Shown here piece by piece: positions 1 to 7,477 of a DNA stretch of 27,241 nt; the stretch's first letter is position 1; every line of letters starts with the position of its first letter. The notes beneath the pieces were generated by a model. The model was not told where the DNA came from. It was given only the letters and a program-made list of their open reading frames with translations, and did no database searches. The translations under genes were made by a program, and so were the position numbers. Source of the DNA: an uncultured Candidatus Saccharibacteria bacterium (GTDB taxonomy: Bacteria > Patescibacteriota > Doudnabacteria > UBA920); assembly GCA_964522815.1 (NCBI GenBank), contig CAZFXC010000003.1:2261-29501 (forward strand). Reading direction: 5' to 3'.

Positions 1-987
1 CATGAATCCAGACGGATAGATAATCAGCTCCGCGGACGTGCCGGCAGACAGGGTGATGCTGGGTCATCGCAATTTTATGTAAGCATGGAAGACGATTTAA
101 TGCGTTTGTTTGGTGGGGAAAGAATGAAGTCCCTAATGACCACGCTAGGTCTGCCCGATGACCAACCTATTGAAGCCAAATTGGTGTCTCGGTCAATTGA
201 ATCCGCTCAAAAACGCATTGAAGGCCTAAATTTTGATACTCGAAAACACGTTTTAGAGTTTGATGATGTGTTAAACCATCAACGTAATACCATTTATACC
301 AAACGGAAAAATTTTGTTGCCGGTACCAAACAACAAACGGAATTCCATATCGCCGAAGAACTATTTCAATTAATTGAAAAAGAGTTAGACGATTTAATTC
401 AGTCCCACTTTGCCACCAGTGAAGACAAAACTGACAAAAATCTAGACGAGCTAATTAAAGCCATTACCGGCTTTATGCCGGTGACTTTGGAGCTCCAGAC
501 TGAAATTAAAAAATATGCCGATAATCCGGAATTGATAATTCAGACAATTAACGCTGAATGCAAAAAAATTTGGGCAAGTAGAATCCAGGAAATGGGTGAA
601 GAGGGTTTTTTGGGAGCTTTGAGATTTGTCGCACTTCAAGCCATTGACAGTCTGTGGATGGAACATTTAGACACAATGGATCATTTAAGAGACAGCGTAA
701 GGTTAAGGGGTTATGGCCAAAGAGATCCGTTAGTGGAATACAAAAAAGAAGGCCATCTTCTGTTTAAAAATTTATTGGCGGAAATTGATAAACAGATTGT
801 TTACACCATCTTTAGAGTCAGTATTAAAACCAACGAACAACTCAAACCACAGGAAAACTTAAGAGCTTTACAGACCGCAGATTCGACAGTTGGCAGAAAT
901 GATCCGTGCCCATGTGGGAGTGGAAAAAAATGGAAAAAGTGTGGCATGATTGGGGCAAAAGAACATGGGGTAAGTAGTAAGTTGTAA
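1..987 (+). CDS. secA: Preprotein translocase ATPase SecA, C-terminal part (5' end lies outside the window)
   Basis: Frame 1 is open from base 1: HESRRIDNQLRGRAGRQGDAGSSQFYVSMEDDLMRLFGG (SecA helicase motif VI region). Also IEGLNFDTRKHVLEFDDVLNHQR, WMEHLDTMDHLRDSVRLRGYGQRDPLVEYKKEG and a C-terminal GRNDPCPCGSGKK SEC-C motif. Confidence 0.99.
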   Translation, partial: HESRRIDNQLRGRAGRQGDAGSSQFYVSMEDDLMRLFGGERMKSLMTTLGLPDDQPIEAKLVSRSIESAQKRIEGLNFDTRKHVLEFDDVLNHQRNTIYTKRKNFVAGTKQQTEFHIAEELFQLIEKELDDLIQSHFATSEDKTDKNLDELIKAITGFMPVTLELQTEIKKYADNPELIIQTINAECKKIWASRIQEMGEEGFLGALRFVALQAIDSLWMEHLDTMDHLRDSVRLRGYGQRDPLVEYKKEGHLLFKNLLAEIDKQIVYTIFRVSIKTNEQLKPQENLRALQTADSTVGRNDPCPCGSGKKWKKCGMIGAKEHGVSSKL

Positions 988-1005
988 GCTGGTAAGTTGT
1001 AAGTA
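970..1005 (+). repeat. Five near-tandem copies of the 7-mer GTAAG(T/C)(A/T) spanning the secA stop codon
   Basis: GTAAGTA GTAAGTT GTAAGCT G GTAAGTT GTAAGTA, read directly from the sequence. Confidence 0.85.
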
Positions 1006-1040
1006 ATTAAAAAAAAATTAATCAATAATTATAAACAATT

Positions 1041-1316
1041 ATGGGAAAAGATTTTTTAAAAAAAGAACCAACCAAGTCGGAAAAAATGATTTATGAGTTA
1101 GCAATGAATCAACACCAAATGGAAAAAGCTATGTGGTCAACTTCCACCGTGGTAATGGCTTTGGCAATGCTAAGTAAAGTAAGTCCAGAAGATTTAGCCA
1201 AACAGATGTTTGAAGATGAAAAAATTAAAGCTTTTAGCCAACAAGTTAACGAAGTAATAAAAAAGTTAGAAGCAAGTAAAAATTCAGATGCGGATAAACA
1301 ATCCACAGGGCAATAA
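1041..1316 (+). CDS. Hypothetical protein (91 aa, predicted helical)
   Basis: ATG-started ORF filling the gap after secA on the operon strand, with amphipathic-helix composition. No family recognised. Confidence 0.75.
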   Translation: MGKDFLKKEPTKSEKMIYELAMNQHQMEKAMWSTSTVVMALAMLSKVSPEDLAKQMFEDEKIKAFSQQVNEVIKKLEASKNSDADKQSTGQ

Positions 1317-1325
1317 CAAGTATTG

Positions 1326-1334
1326 TGGTATAAT
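1326..1334 (+). promoter_or_regulatory. Extended -10 promoter (TGnTATAAT) for the 1343 ORF
   Basis: TGGTATAAT at 1326-1334 is a perfect extended -10. The ATG follows after an 8-nt gap. No clear -35. Confidence 0.65.
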
Positions 1335-1342
1335 ATGAGCGT

Positions 1343-1591
1343 ATGGAAAATACAAATTTTAAACCAATATTTGATTATATTGACCAAAAGGTTGATAATC
1401 TTGAAATTAAATTAAAGACTGAACTCGCGTCAAAACAAGATATCCAACGTATATTAAACGCAATTGATTCTTTTGCCGGACAATCTAAACTAAGAGAACA
1501 AGAACAAATAGTTCTTAAAGCAAAGACAGAAAGAATTGAGCATTGGGTTAATGATGCCTCAAAAAAAGTTAATGTGCCGTACTCAGTTTAA
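1343..1591 (+). CDS. Hypothetical coiled-coil protein (82 aa)
   Basis: ORF with its own extended -10 upstream and a terminator hairpin downstream. Heptad-like pattern IFDYIDQKVDNLEIKLKTELASKQDIQRILNAIDSF. Confidence 0.8.
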   Translation: MENTNFKPIFDYIDQKVDNLEIKLKTELASKQDIQRILNAIDSFAGQSKLREQEQIVLKAKTERIEHWVNDASKKVNVPYSV

Positions 1592-1618
1592 AACCATTGC
1601 TCAAAACTAAATAATCTT

Positions 1619-1647
1619 ATAAAATACCTTATATCAAGGTATTTTAT
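1619..1647 (+). terminator. Probable intrinsic terminator hairpin
   Basis: Perfect 12-bp inverted repeat ATAAAATACCTT / AAGGTATTTTAT with a 5-nt loop (ATATC) and a T-rich 3' side, 27 nt after the 1591 stop. Confidence 0.65.
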
Positions 1648-1653
1648 TATTTT

Positions 1654-2412
1654 ATGAATAACCCAGCCGAACAACCCAGAAATCCAGAAGCTAGACCTAA
1701 TCAGGAAATTGAAACTAAAATTAGAGATGTGGATTTGAAAATGCTCAAAGTAAATTTAAAATTGGCTCGTGCTAAGCTAACAACCGAGACAAGAAAGATT
1801 TCAGATAAAAGTTTTGAAAATAAAAAATCTCAATCTGGCGAGGGTGAGATTTTATCTGCAGAAGTGCTTAATCCGGAAAGTTTTAGGCAATTGTTTGAAA
1901 AGTTAGGCTATCAAGTAACTTCACAAAACGGGAAAATGCTTGTAAAAGGGGGAAATTTACATCCCAAAGTAAGAGTAAGAATCAGGAAAGACGGGGAAAG
2001 ATATTTTATAACCGCCAAATTTAAAGAAGCTAACCATAAAGTAGCTGAAGAGAGGGGAATAAAACAGAGAACCGAGTTAGAGGCCGAAATTCGGGATAAT
2101 TTAAATGCGGAAAAGTTGCTTAGAGCTTTGGGTTATGACTGTGCTTTTGAAAAAGAAAAGCATAGAACTTCCTACGAAATCGATTATAATGGCGTAAAGG
2201 TTAAGGTAGAAATTAATAAAAGTCCATTGGCTCAAGTTAAACCTTGGGTAGAAATAGAAGTCCCCAGTAATGAGTATTTGGTTAAAACCGCCCAACTTTT
2301 AGGGTTTAATAAACAAGATTTCTTTTCCGGCAGTGATAATGATTTATACCGGCGAGCCGGGGTTAGTGATGAGGAATTAAAAGTAATTAAATTTCCCAGT
2401 GGAAAAACTTAG
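1654..2412 (+). CDS. CYTH-domain (triphosphate tunnel metalloenzyme / CyaB-like) protein
   Basis: N-terminal ExExK motif (EIETK), VRVRIRKDG, ELEAEI...LLRALGY, EKEKHRTSYE and WVEIE, in the typical CYTH motif order. Confidence 0.85.
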   Translation: MNNPAEQPRNPEARPNQEIETKIRDVDLKMLKVNLKLARAKLTTETRKISDKSFENKKSQSGEGEILSAEVLNPESFRQLFEKLGYQVTSQNGKMLVKGGNLHPKVRVRIRKDGERYFITAKFKEANHKVAEERGIKQRTELEAEIRDNLNAEKLLRALGYDCAFEKEKHRTSYEIDYNGVKVKVEINKSPLAQVKPWVEIEVPSNEYLVKTAQLLGFNKQDFFSGSDNDLYRRAGVSDEELKVIKFPSGKT

Positions 2413-2845
2413 ACCAAAAATCGGGATTGGCGTATATATTTTAAATGCTCAAAAGCAAGTTTTATTAATGCTTAGAAAAGGTAAAAATGCGCCTGGAACT
2501 TGGGCTCCACCCGGTGGGCATTTGGAAATGGGCGAAGAATTACTTGACTGTGTAAAGCGAGAAACTTTAGAAGAAACGAATTTAAAGGTTAACGAGGCTG
2601 TGCTATGGGCGGTAAATAATAACACCAACGGTCAAGACTGGCACTATGTGAATTTGGATTATCTGGCAACAAGTTGGCACGGTGAAGCAAAAAATATGGA
2701 ATTGGAAAAGTGCGAAAAAATAGAATGGTTTAGTTTAAATAACTTACCTTCACCCCTAATGCTTCCAACCAAAAACTTTTTTGAGAGAAACCCCTTATGT
2801 TTATGTCAAAGCAATAAACGTTTTTACGATTGTCATGGAAAATAA
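2399..2845 (+). CDS. Nudix hydrolase (NUDT15/MutT-like) with C-terminal SEC-C-type motif
   Basis: Nudix box GGHLEMGEELLDCVKRETLEETNL. RPKIGIGVYI and NMELEKCEKIEWF resemble the NUDT15/NUDX1-type subfamily. GTG start overlaps the CYTH stop by 14 nt. Confidence 0.92.
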   Translation: MEKLRPKIGIGVYILNAQKQVLLMLRKGKNAPGTWAPPGGHLEMGEELLDCVKRETLEETNLKVNEAVLWAVNNNTNGQDWHYVNLDYLATSWHGEAKNMELEKCEKIEWFSLNNLPSPLMLPTKNFFERNPLCLCQSNKRFYDCHGK

Positions 2846-3398
2846 ACCTTTAAACTTCATTACCTCTAACCCCAAAAAAGTTTTTGAATTTCAAAAACGA
2901 CTTTTTCCTCTTATAGTAAAACAAATAAATATTGAACTGGAAGAAATCCAATCAATTGACCCAAAAGTAATAATCAAACATAAATTAAAATCCGCTTTTA
3001 AACACCACAAAGGACCGTTTTTAATAGAAGATGTATCGTTATACTTAGAATGCATGGGAGGAAAATTGCCAGGTCCGTTTATAAAGTTTTTTAATCAGCA
3101 TTTGGGTTCTAAGGGGATAGCTCATTTAGCCAAATCAACAAAAAAATTTAAAGCAAAAGCTGTGGTAATTATCGCTTACGCTAAAAATTTAAAACAGATA
3201 AAGTTTTTTACCGGCGTGGTAAAAGGAAAAGTTGTTTCACCCCGGGGGGCTTATAAATTTGGTTTTGATGAGTTTTTAGTCCCCAGCGGTCATTCTCAAA
3301 CCCTGTCAGAAATGAAAGCACAAGGGAACTTTGCACTAAGTCCCAGATCAAAAGCTATAGATAAATTAAAAAAACATTTGCAACATGAAAAATATTAG
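2835..3398 (+). CDS. rdgB: HAM1/ITPase-family non-canonical purine NTP pyrophosphatase (divergent specificity motif)
   Basis: FITSNPKK, ELEEIQ, IEDVSL, LPGPFIKFF, FGFD and terminal SPR (canonical SHR). Start reassigned to ATG 2835 (MENKPLNFITSN) because the 18 residues upstream in the ORF track overlap the Nudix gene and do not resemble the family. Confidence 0.88.
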   Translation: MENKPLNFITSNPKKVFEFQKRLFPLIVKQINIELEEIQSIDPKVIIKHKLKSAFKHHKGPFLIEDVSLYLECMGGKLPGPFIKFFNQHLGSKGIAHLAKSTKKFKAKAVVIIAYAKNLKQIKFFTGVVKGKVVSPRGAYKFGFDEFLVPSGHSQTLSEMKAQGNFALSPRSKAIDKLKKHLQHEKY

Positions 3399-5952
3399 AT
3401 TAGCAAACCATATTATCCCTTCGCGATATAAACTAATTTTAAAGCCAGATTTAAACAAGCATGTTTTTGAAGGTGAAGAAACTATTTATCTGAAATTGGA
3501 TAAATCGGTAAATGAGATTGTTTTGCATTCCAAGGAGTTAAAAATATTTAATGTGAAATTTTTAATTTCCAATTTTCAATTTCCATTTAAATCAGTCAAA
3601 TATAATAAAACCAACGAAACAGTAATTTTATGTTTTGCAAAAAAACTTCCCAAAGGCAAAGGAGAATTGAGATTAAAGTTTAAAGGCGTCTTAAATGATA
3701 AAATGCGAGGGTTTTACCGCAGTCAATACACCCACCAAGGTCAAACTAAACATTTAGCTACCACACAATTTGAGGCGACGGATGCCAGAAGGGCCTTCCC
3801 GTGTTTTGACGAGCCGGACAAAAAAGCTATTTTTGATATTAGCGTTATTCTGCCCAAAAAACTTACGGCAATTTCTAACACAGTGGAAAGTGAAATTCGT
3901 GAACATAATTCCGAATACAAGCTGGTTAAATTTGCCCCCAGTCCGAAAATGTCAACTTACTTAGTGGCTTTTATTGTTGGCGAATTTGAGTTTATTGAAG
4001 CAAAAACTCAAAGGGGAGTGGTAGTGAGGGTGTTTGTGACTCCCGGTAAACAGCATCAGGCAAAATTTGCTTTAAATACCGCAATTAAAGTTCTGGATTT
4101 TTATGAAAAATATTTTCAAATTAATTACCCCTTACCCATTTTGGACATGATTGCCATCCCAGATTTTTCTCATGGCGCCATGGAAAATTGGGGAGCTATT
4201 ACTTATCGAGAAAGCGCGTTATTATTTGATGAAGAAAAATCTTCCGCTTCCAACAAACAGTGGGTAGCTCTAGTGATTGCCCATGAGATTGCTCACCAAT
4301 GGTTTGGAAATTTAGTTACCATGAAATGGTGGACAGATTTATGGCTCAACGAAGGCTTTGCTTCTTACATTGAGTATCTGGCCGTTGATCAGATTTTTCC
4401 CAAGTGGGATATTTGGACTCAGTTTGCGTTTAATGATTTAGGGGTGGCTTTAAAATTAGATGCGTTAAATAATACTCATCCCATTGAAGTTAAGGTTAAT
4501 CATCCCAATGAAATTGGTGAAATTTTTGATGAAATTTCTTACAGTAAAGGCGCGAGTATTATTCGTATGCTGGCAGGCTACATTGGTGACGATAAATTTC
4601 GTCAGGGACTGAGATTATATTTAAAAAAGTATGCTTACGCCAATGCCGAAACTGTTAATCTCTGGCGCGCCTTTGAGCAGGTCTCTGGTAAACCTGTTCA
4701 AAAAATTATGAAGCTTTGGACTAGTCAAAGTGGTTATCCACTCGTTAAAATTACCCAAAAACCCACCGGTTTAGAATTTACCCAAGCTCGTTTTTATTCA
4801 TCCCCAATTTCCAAAAGAAAGTCAACAGACAAAACTCAATGGTCAATCCCCATCACTTTACAAAATTTAAACACTCATCAACGAGTCAGTTTTTTACTCC
4901 AAGGTAAATACTTTTTAAAGCTGGCTAAGCCTGAATTAACTCCAATTAAAATCAATTATTCAGAAACCGGATTTTACAGAACCGATTATCCGGCCGGGAT
5001 GTTACTTAATTTAAGCAAAGCGATTCAAAACAAAAAATTGCCCCCCATTGACCGACTGGGATTAATTAGAGACGCCTTTGCCATGTCGGAAAGTGCACAG
5101 TTACCAACCACGCAAGCTTTAAATTTAGCCAAAAGTTATCAGCACGAAACTGATTATACTGTCTGGGTGGAATTAAGTTCTGGCTTGCAAACTCTGGATA
5201 ATTTACTTTTTGGAACCAAATGTTACTTAGCTTATAAAGCTTTTTGTCAAGAACTTTATAAAAATATTGTGAAGCATGTGGGCTTTGTGGCGGTAAAAAA
5301 TGAATCTCATACTCAACAATTACTGAGAAGTTTAGTTTTGCAAATGGCTGGCAATGCGGGTAATAAAGCAGTCATTAGTCATGCAAAAAACCTCTTTTTA
5401 AAATGGCAACGTAACCATATCCCCGTTCCGGCCAATTTAAAGAGTGTGGTTTATAATTTGGTGGCGGAAACTGGCAATTTAAGCGACTACAACTTTTTGG
5501 TAAAAAAATATATTTCCGAGGATTTGCACGAGGAAAAAAATCGGATTGGCAGGGCTTTGGGTTTATTTAAAGATCCCAATATTATTTTAAAGACTTTAAA
5601 CTTTGCGCTCTCCAAACATGTTAGAATTCAAGATACGCCTAGTATATTTTTAAGCGCTTGGTCAAATCCTTATGCTCGAAAAACGGTTTTTCATTTCACT
5701 CAAAAACATTGGCCAAGCCTGTTAAACCGCTATCCAGCTTCCGGACACATGCTAAGCAGGTTCATCAAACCCATGTCGGTCTATAAAACCGCACAGGAAT
5801 TAGCTCAAGTCAAAAACTTTTTCAAAAACCATCAAGCCCCGGGTGCTTTAAGAGCCGTTAAACAGACTCTAGAAAAAATCCATTCCAATCTGTTGTGGTT
5901 GAATCGAGATATTCGGACAATTGAAAAATATTTATCCAAACCGAGTAATTAA
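3385..5952 (+). CDS. pepN: M1 family alanyl aminopeptidase (puromycin-sensitive/ERAP1-like C-terminal domain)
   Basis: ATTQFEATDARRAFPCFDEP, GAMENWG exopeptidase motif, zinc motif HEIAHQWFG followed by WLNEGFA, ISYSKG with the catalytic Tyr. 855 aa. Confidence 0.97.
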   Translation: MKNIRLANHIIPSRYKLILKPDLNKHVFEGEETIYLKLDKSVNEIVLHSKELKIFNVKFLISNFQFPFKSVKYNKTNETVILCFAKKLPKGKGELRLKFKGVLNDKMRGFYRSQYTHQGQTKHLATTQFEATDARRAFPCFDEPDKKAIFDISVILPKKLTAISNTVESEIREHNSEYKLVKFAPSPKMSTYLVAFIVGEFEFIEAKTQRGVVVRVFVTPGKQHQAKFALNTAIKVLDFYEKYFQINYPLPILDMIAIPDFSHGAMENWGAITYRESALLFDEEKSSASNKQWVALVIAHEIAHQWFGNLVTMKWWTDLWLNEGFASYIEYLAVDQIFPKWDIWTQFAFNDLGVALKLDALNNTHPIEVKVNHPNEIGEIFDEISYSKGASIIRMLAGYIGDDKFRQGLRLYLKKYAYANAETVNLWRAFEQVSGKPVQKIMKLWTSQSGYPLVKITQKPTGLEFTQARFYSSPISKRKSTDKTQWSIPITLQNLNTHQRVSFLLQGKYFLKLAKPELTPIKINYSETGFYRTDYPAGMLLNLSKAIQNKKLPPIDRLGLIRDAFAMSESAQLPTTQALNLAKSYQHETDYTVWVELSSGLQTLDNLLFGTKCYLAYKAFCQELYKNIVKHVGFVAVKNESHTQQLLRSLVLQMAGNAGNKAVISHAKNLFLKWQRNHIPVPANLKSVVYNLVAETGNLSDYNFLVKKYISEDLHEEKNRIGRALGLFKDPNIILKTLNFALSKHVRIQDTPSIFLSAWSNPYARKTVFHFTQKHWPSLLNRYPASGHMLSRFIKPMSVYKTAQELAQVKNFFKNHQAPGALRAVKQTLEKIHSNLLWLNRDIRTIEKYLSKPSN
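3557..3584 (+). repeat. Four tandem 7-mers AATTT(T/C)(T/C) inside pepN
   Basis: AATTTTT AATTTCC AATTTTC AATTTCC, encoding KFLISNFQFP. Confidence 0.6.
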
Positions 5953-5962
5953 CAGTGTACTC

Positions 5963-5991
5963 TTGCAAAAAAAATTAAACTTACCTATAAT
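5963..5991 (+). promoter_or_regulatory. Sigma70-type promoter for secDF
   Basis: TTGCAA (5963-5968), 17-nt spacer, TATAAT (5986-5991). The secD ATG follows after an 11-nt gap. Confidence 0.8.
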
Positions 5992-6002
5992 CTGTTGTAT
6001 AT

Positions 6003-7469
6003 ATGACAATAAAAGCTAAACAATATTTTGGGCTTTTGGGAGTAATACTGCTGGCGGTATCCGCTTTATGGATAGTTTATCCTAAAGGTTCAAAAATTAA
6101 TTTAAAACCCCTTAAAATTCCTTTTGAAAAAACCTTTAAAGTTAACCTAGGCTTAGATTTACAAGGTGGTTCGCATTTGGTTTACTTGGCTGATTTTAAA
6201 TCCATTCCAGAAGGGGATAGGCCTGAGTCTTTAAATGGGATTAGAGATGTAATTGAAAGAAGAGTCAATAGTTTCGGCGTTAGCGAGCCTTTGGTGGCAA
6301 TTTCGGGTAATGACAAAATTATTGTGGAATTGCCCGGTATTAAAGACGTAAATGAAGCCATTAAGTTAATTGGCGAAACCCCACTTTTGGAATTTCGCAC
6401 ACAGAATCCCGAACAAAAACCCATTACACCGGATGAAAATGGCAACGTTGTTCTTAACCCGTTAGAAGCTTGGTTACCGACTAAATTATCGGGTAAGCAA
6501 TTAAAGCGCGCCACGGTTGATTTTCAACAAAGCTCCGGTTTGGTGAACGAAGTGGTCGTAAGTTTGGAATTTAACGATGAAGGCAAGGAACTGTTTGCCA
6601 AGATTACCTCTGAAAATTTACAAAAACCGGTTGCCATAGTTTTAGATGGCGAAATAATTAGTGCCCCTGTTGTGCAAAGCGCCATTACCGATGGCAAAGC
6701 CATCATTAGTGGCAATTTTACCACTGAGCAAGCCAAAATTTTAGTTAGAAGATTAAACAGTGGCGCGTTGCCTGTGCCAATTGAATTAATTTCTCAGCAA
6801 AGTGTTGGAGCCAGCTTGGGTAAGGTTTCTGTGCATAAATCCTTAATTGCTGGCTTTATTGGTCTGTTAACCGTAATTATATTCATGATTGGTTACTATC
6901 GTTTCCCAGGTTTTCTAGCTTCCATAAGTTTATTAATTTACACATTGTTAGCTTTTGCGGTGTTTAAAATTGGCATTTCTTTTTCCGCGGTGGTCTTAGT
7001 CGGACTGTTCTTTTTCTTAGCATTAACTGTAAATTCCAAATTTGGAATTTTGGCCTTATTAAGTTATTTAATATTGGTTTTAAGTGGTGGTGTCTCTCCG
7101 GTTACCTTAACTTTAGCCGGTATTGCCGGTTTCATCTTATCGGTGGGTATGGCCGTTGACGCCAATATCTTAATATTTGAAAGATTAAGAGAAGAAATCA
7201 GAAGTGGTAAAACCATTGAAAAAGCTTTGGATGATGGTTTTAGCCGAGCTTGGTTATCTATCCGTGACTCAAATGTTTCCAGTTTAATTACTTGCTTAAT
7301 ATTATATTTATACGGAACGCCAGCCATCAAAGGTTTTGCTGTAACTCTCTCAATCGGAATTTTATTTTCCATGTTTACCGCCATAACCATAACCAAATTA
7401 TTTTTGAAACTTTTTATTACCAATAAGCTATTTGCCAGACCTTGGTTGTTTGGAGTTAAAATGAAATAA
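6003..7469 (+). CDS. secD: Protein translocase subunit SecD
   Basis: LGLDLQGG, IERRVNSFGVSEP, IIVELPG, AIVLDG, LNSGALPVP, TLTLAGIAGFILSVGMAVDANILIFER, GFAVTL. Confidence 0.98.
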   Translation: MTIKAKQYFGLLGVILLAVSALWIVYPKGSKINLKPLKIPFEKTFKVNLGLDLQGGSHLVYLADFKSIPEGDRPESLNGIRDVIERRVNSFGVSEPLVAISGNDKIIVELPGIKDVNEAIKLIGETPLLEFRTQNPEQKPITPDENGNVVLNPLEAWLPTKLSGKQLKRATVDFQQSSGLVNEVVVSLEFNDEGKELFAKITSENLQKPVAIVLDGEIISAPVVQSAITDGKAIISGNFTTEQAKILVRRLNSGALPVPIELISQQSVGASLGKVSVHKSLIAGFIGLLTVIIFMIGYYRFPGFLASISLLIYTLLAFAVFKIGISFSAVVLVGLFFFLALTVNSKFGILALLSYLILVLSGGVSPVTLTLAGIAGFILSVGMAVDANILIFERLREEIRSGKTIEKALDDGFSRAWLSIRDSNVSSLITCLILYLYGTPAIKGFAVTLSIGILFSMFTAITITKLFLKLFITNKLFARPWLFGVKMK

Positions 7470-7477
7470 ATGAATCT

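Noticed and set aside
1299-1307. CAATCCACA, DnaA-box-like sequence upstream of the 1326 promoter
   Set aside because: Two mismatches to consensus and inside a coding region; expected by chance.
451-1387. Minus-strand ORFs 451-666, 801-1025 and 1109-1387
   Set aside because: Antisense shadows of secA and the 1041 ORF, with no recognisable motifs.
2781-2834. N-terminal extension of the HAM1 ORF given in the track
   Set aside because: Lies within the Nudix gene's SEC-C-coding region and has no family similarity; ATG 2835 fits better.
3770-3964. Alternative-frame + strand ORF within pepN
   Set aside because: Short, fully nested in a conserved gene, no motif.
5967-5974. Poly-A tract in the secDF promoter spacer (also A7 at 8421-8427) as a phase-variation switch
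   Set aside because: Runs of 7-8 A are common in this AT-rich sequence; there is no evidence of length variation.
6182-7423. Minus-strand ORFs of 70-119 aa opposite secD
   Set aside because: Antisense frames kept open by the codon bias of a membrane-protein gene.
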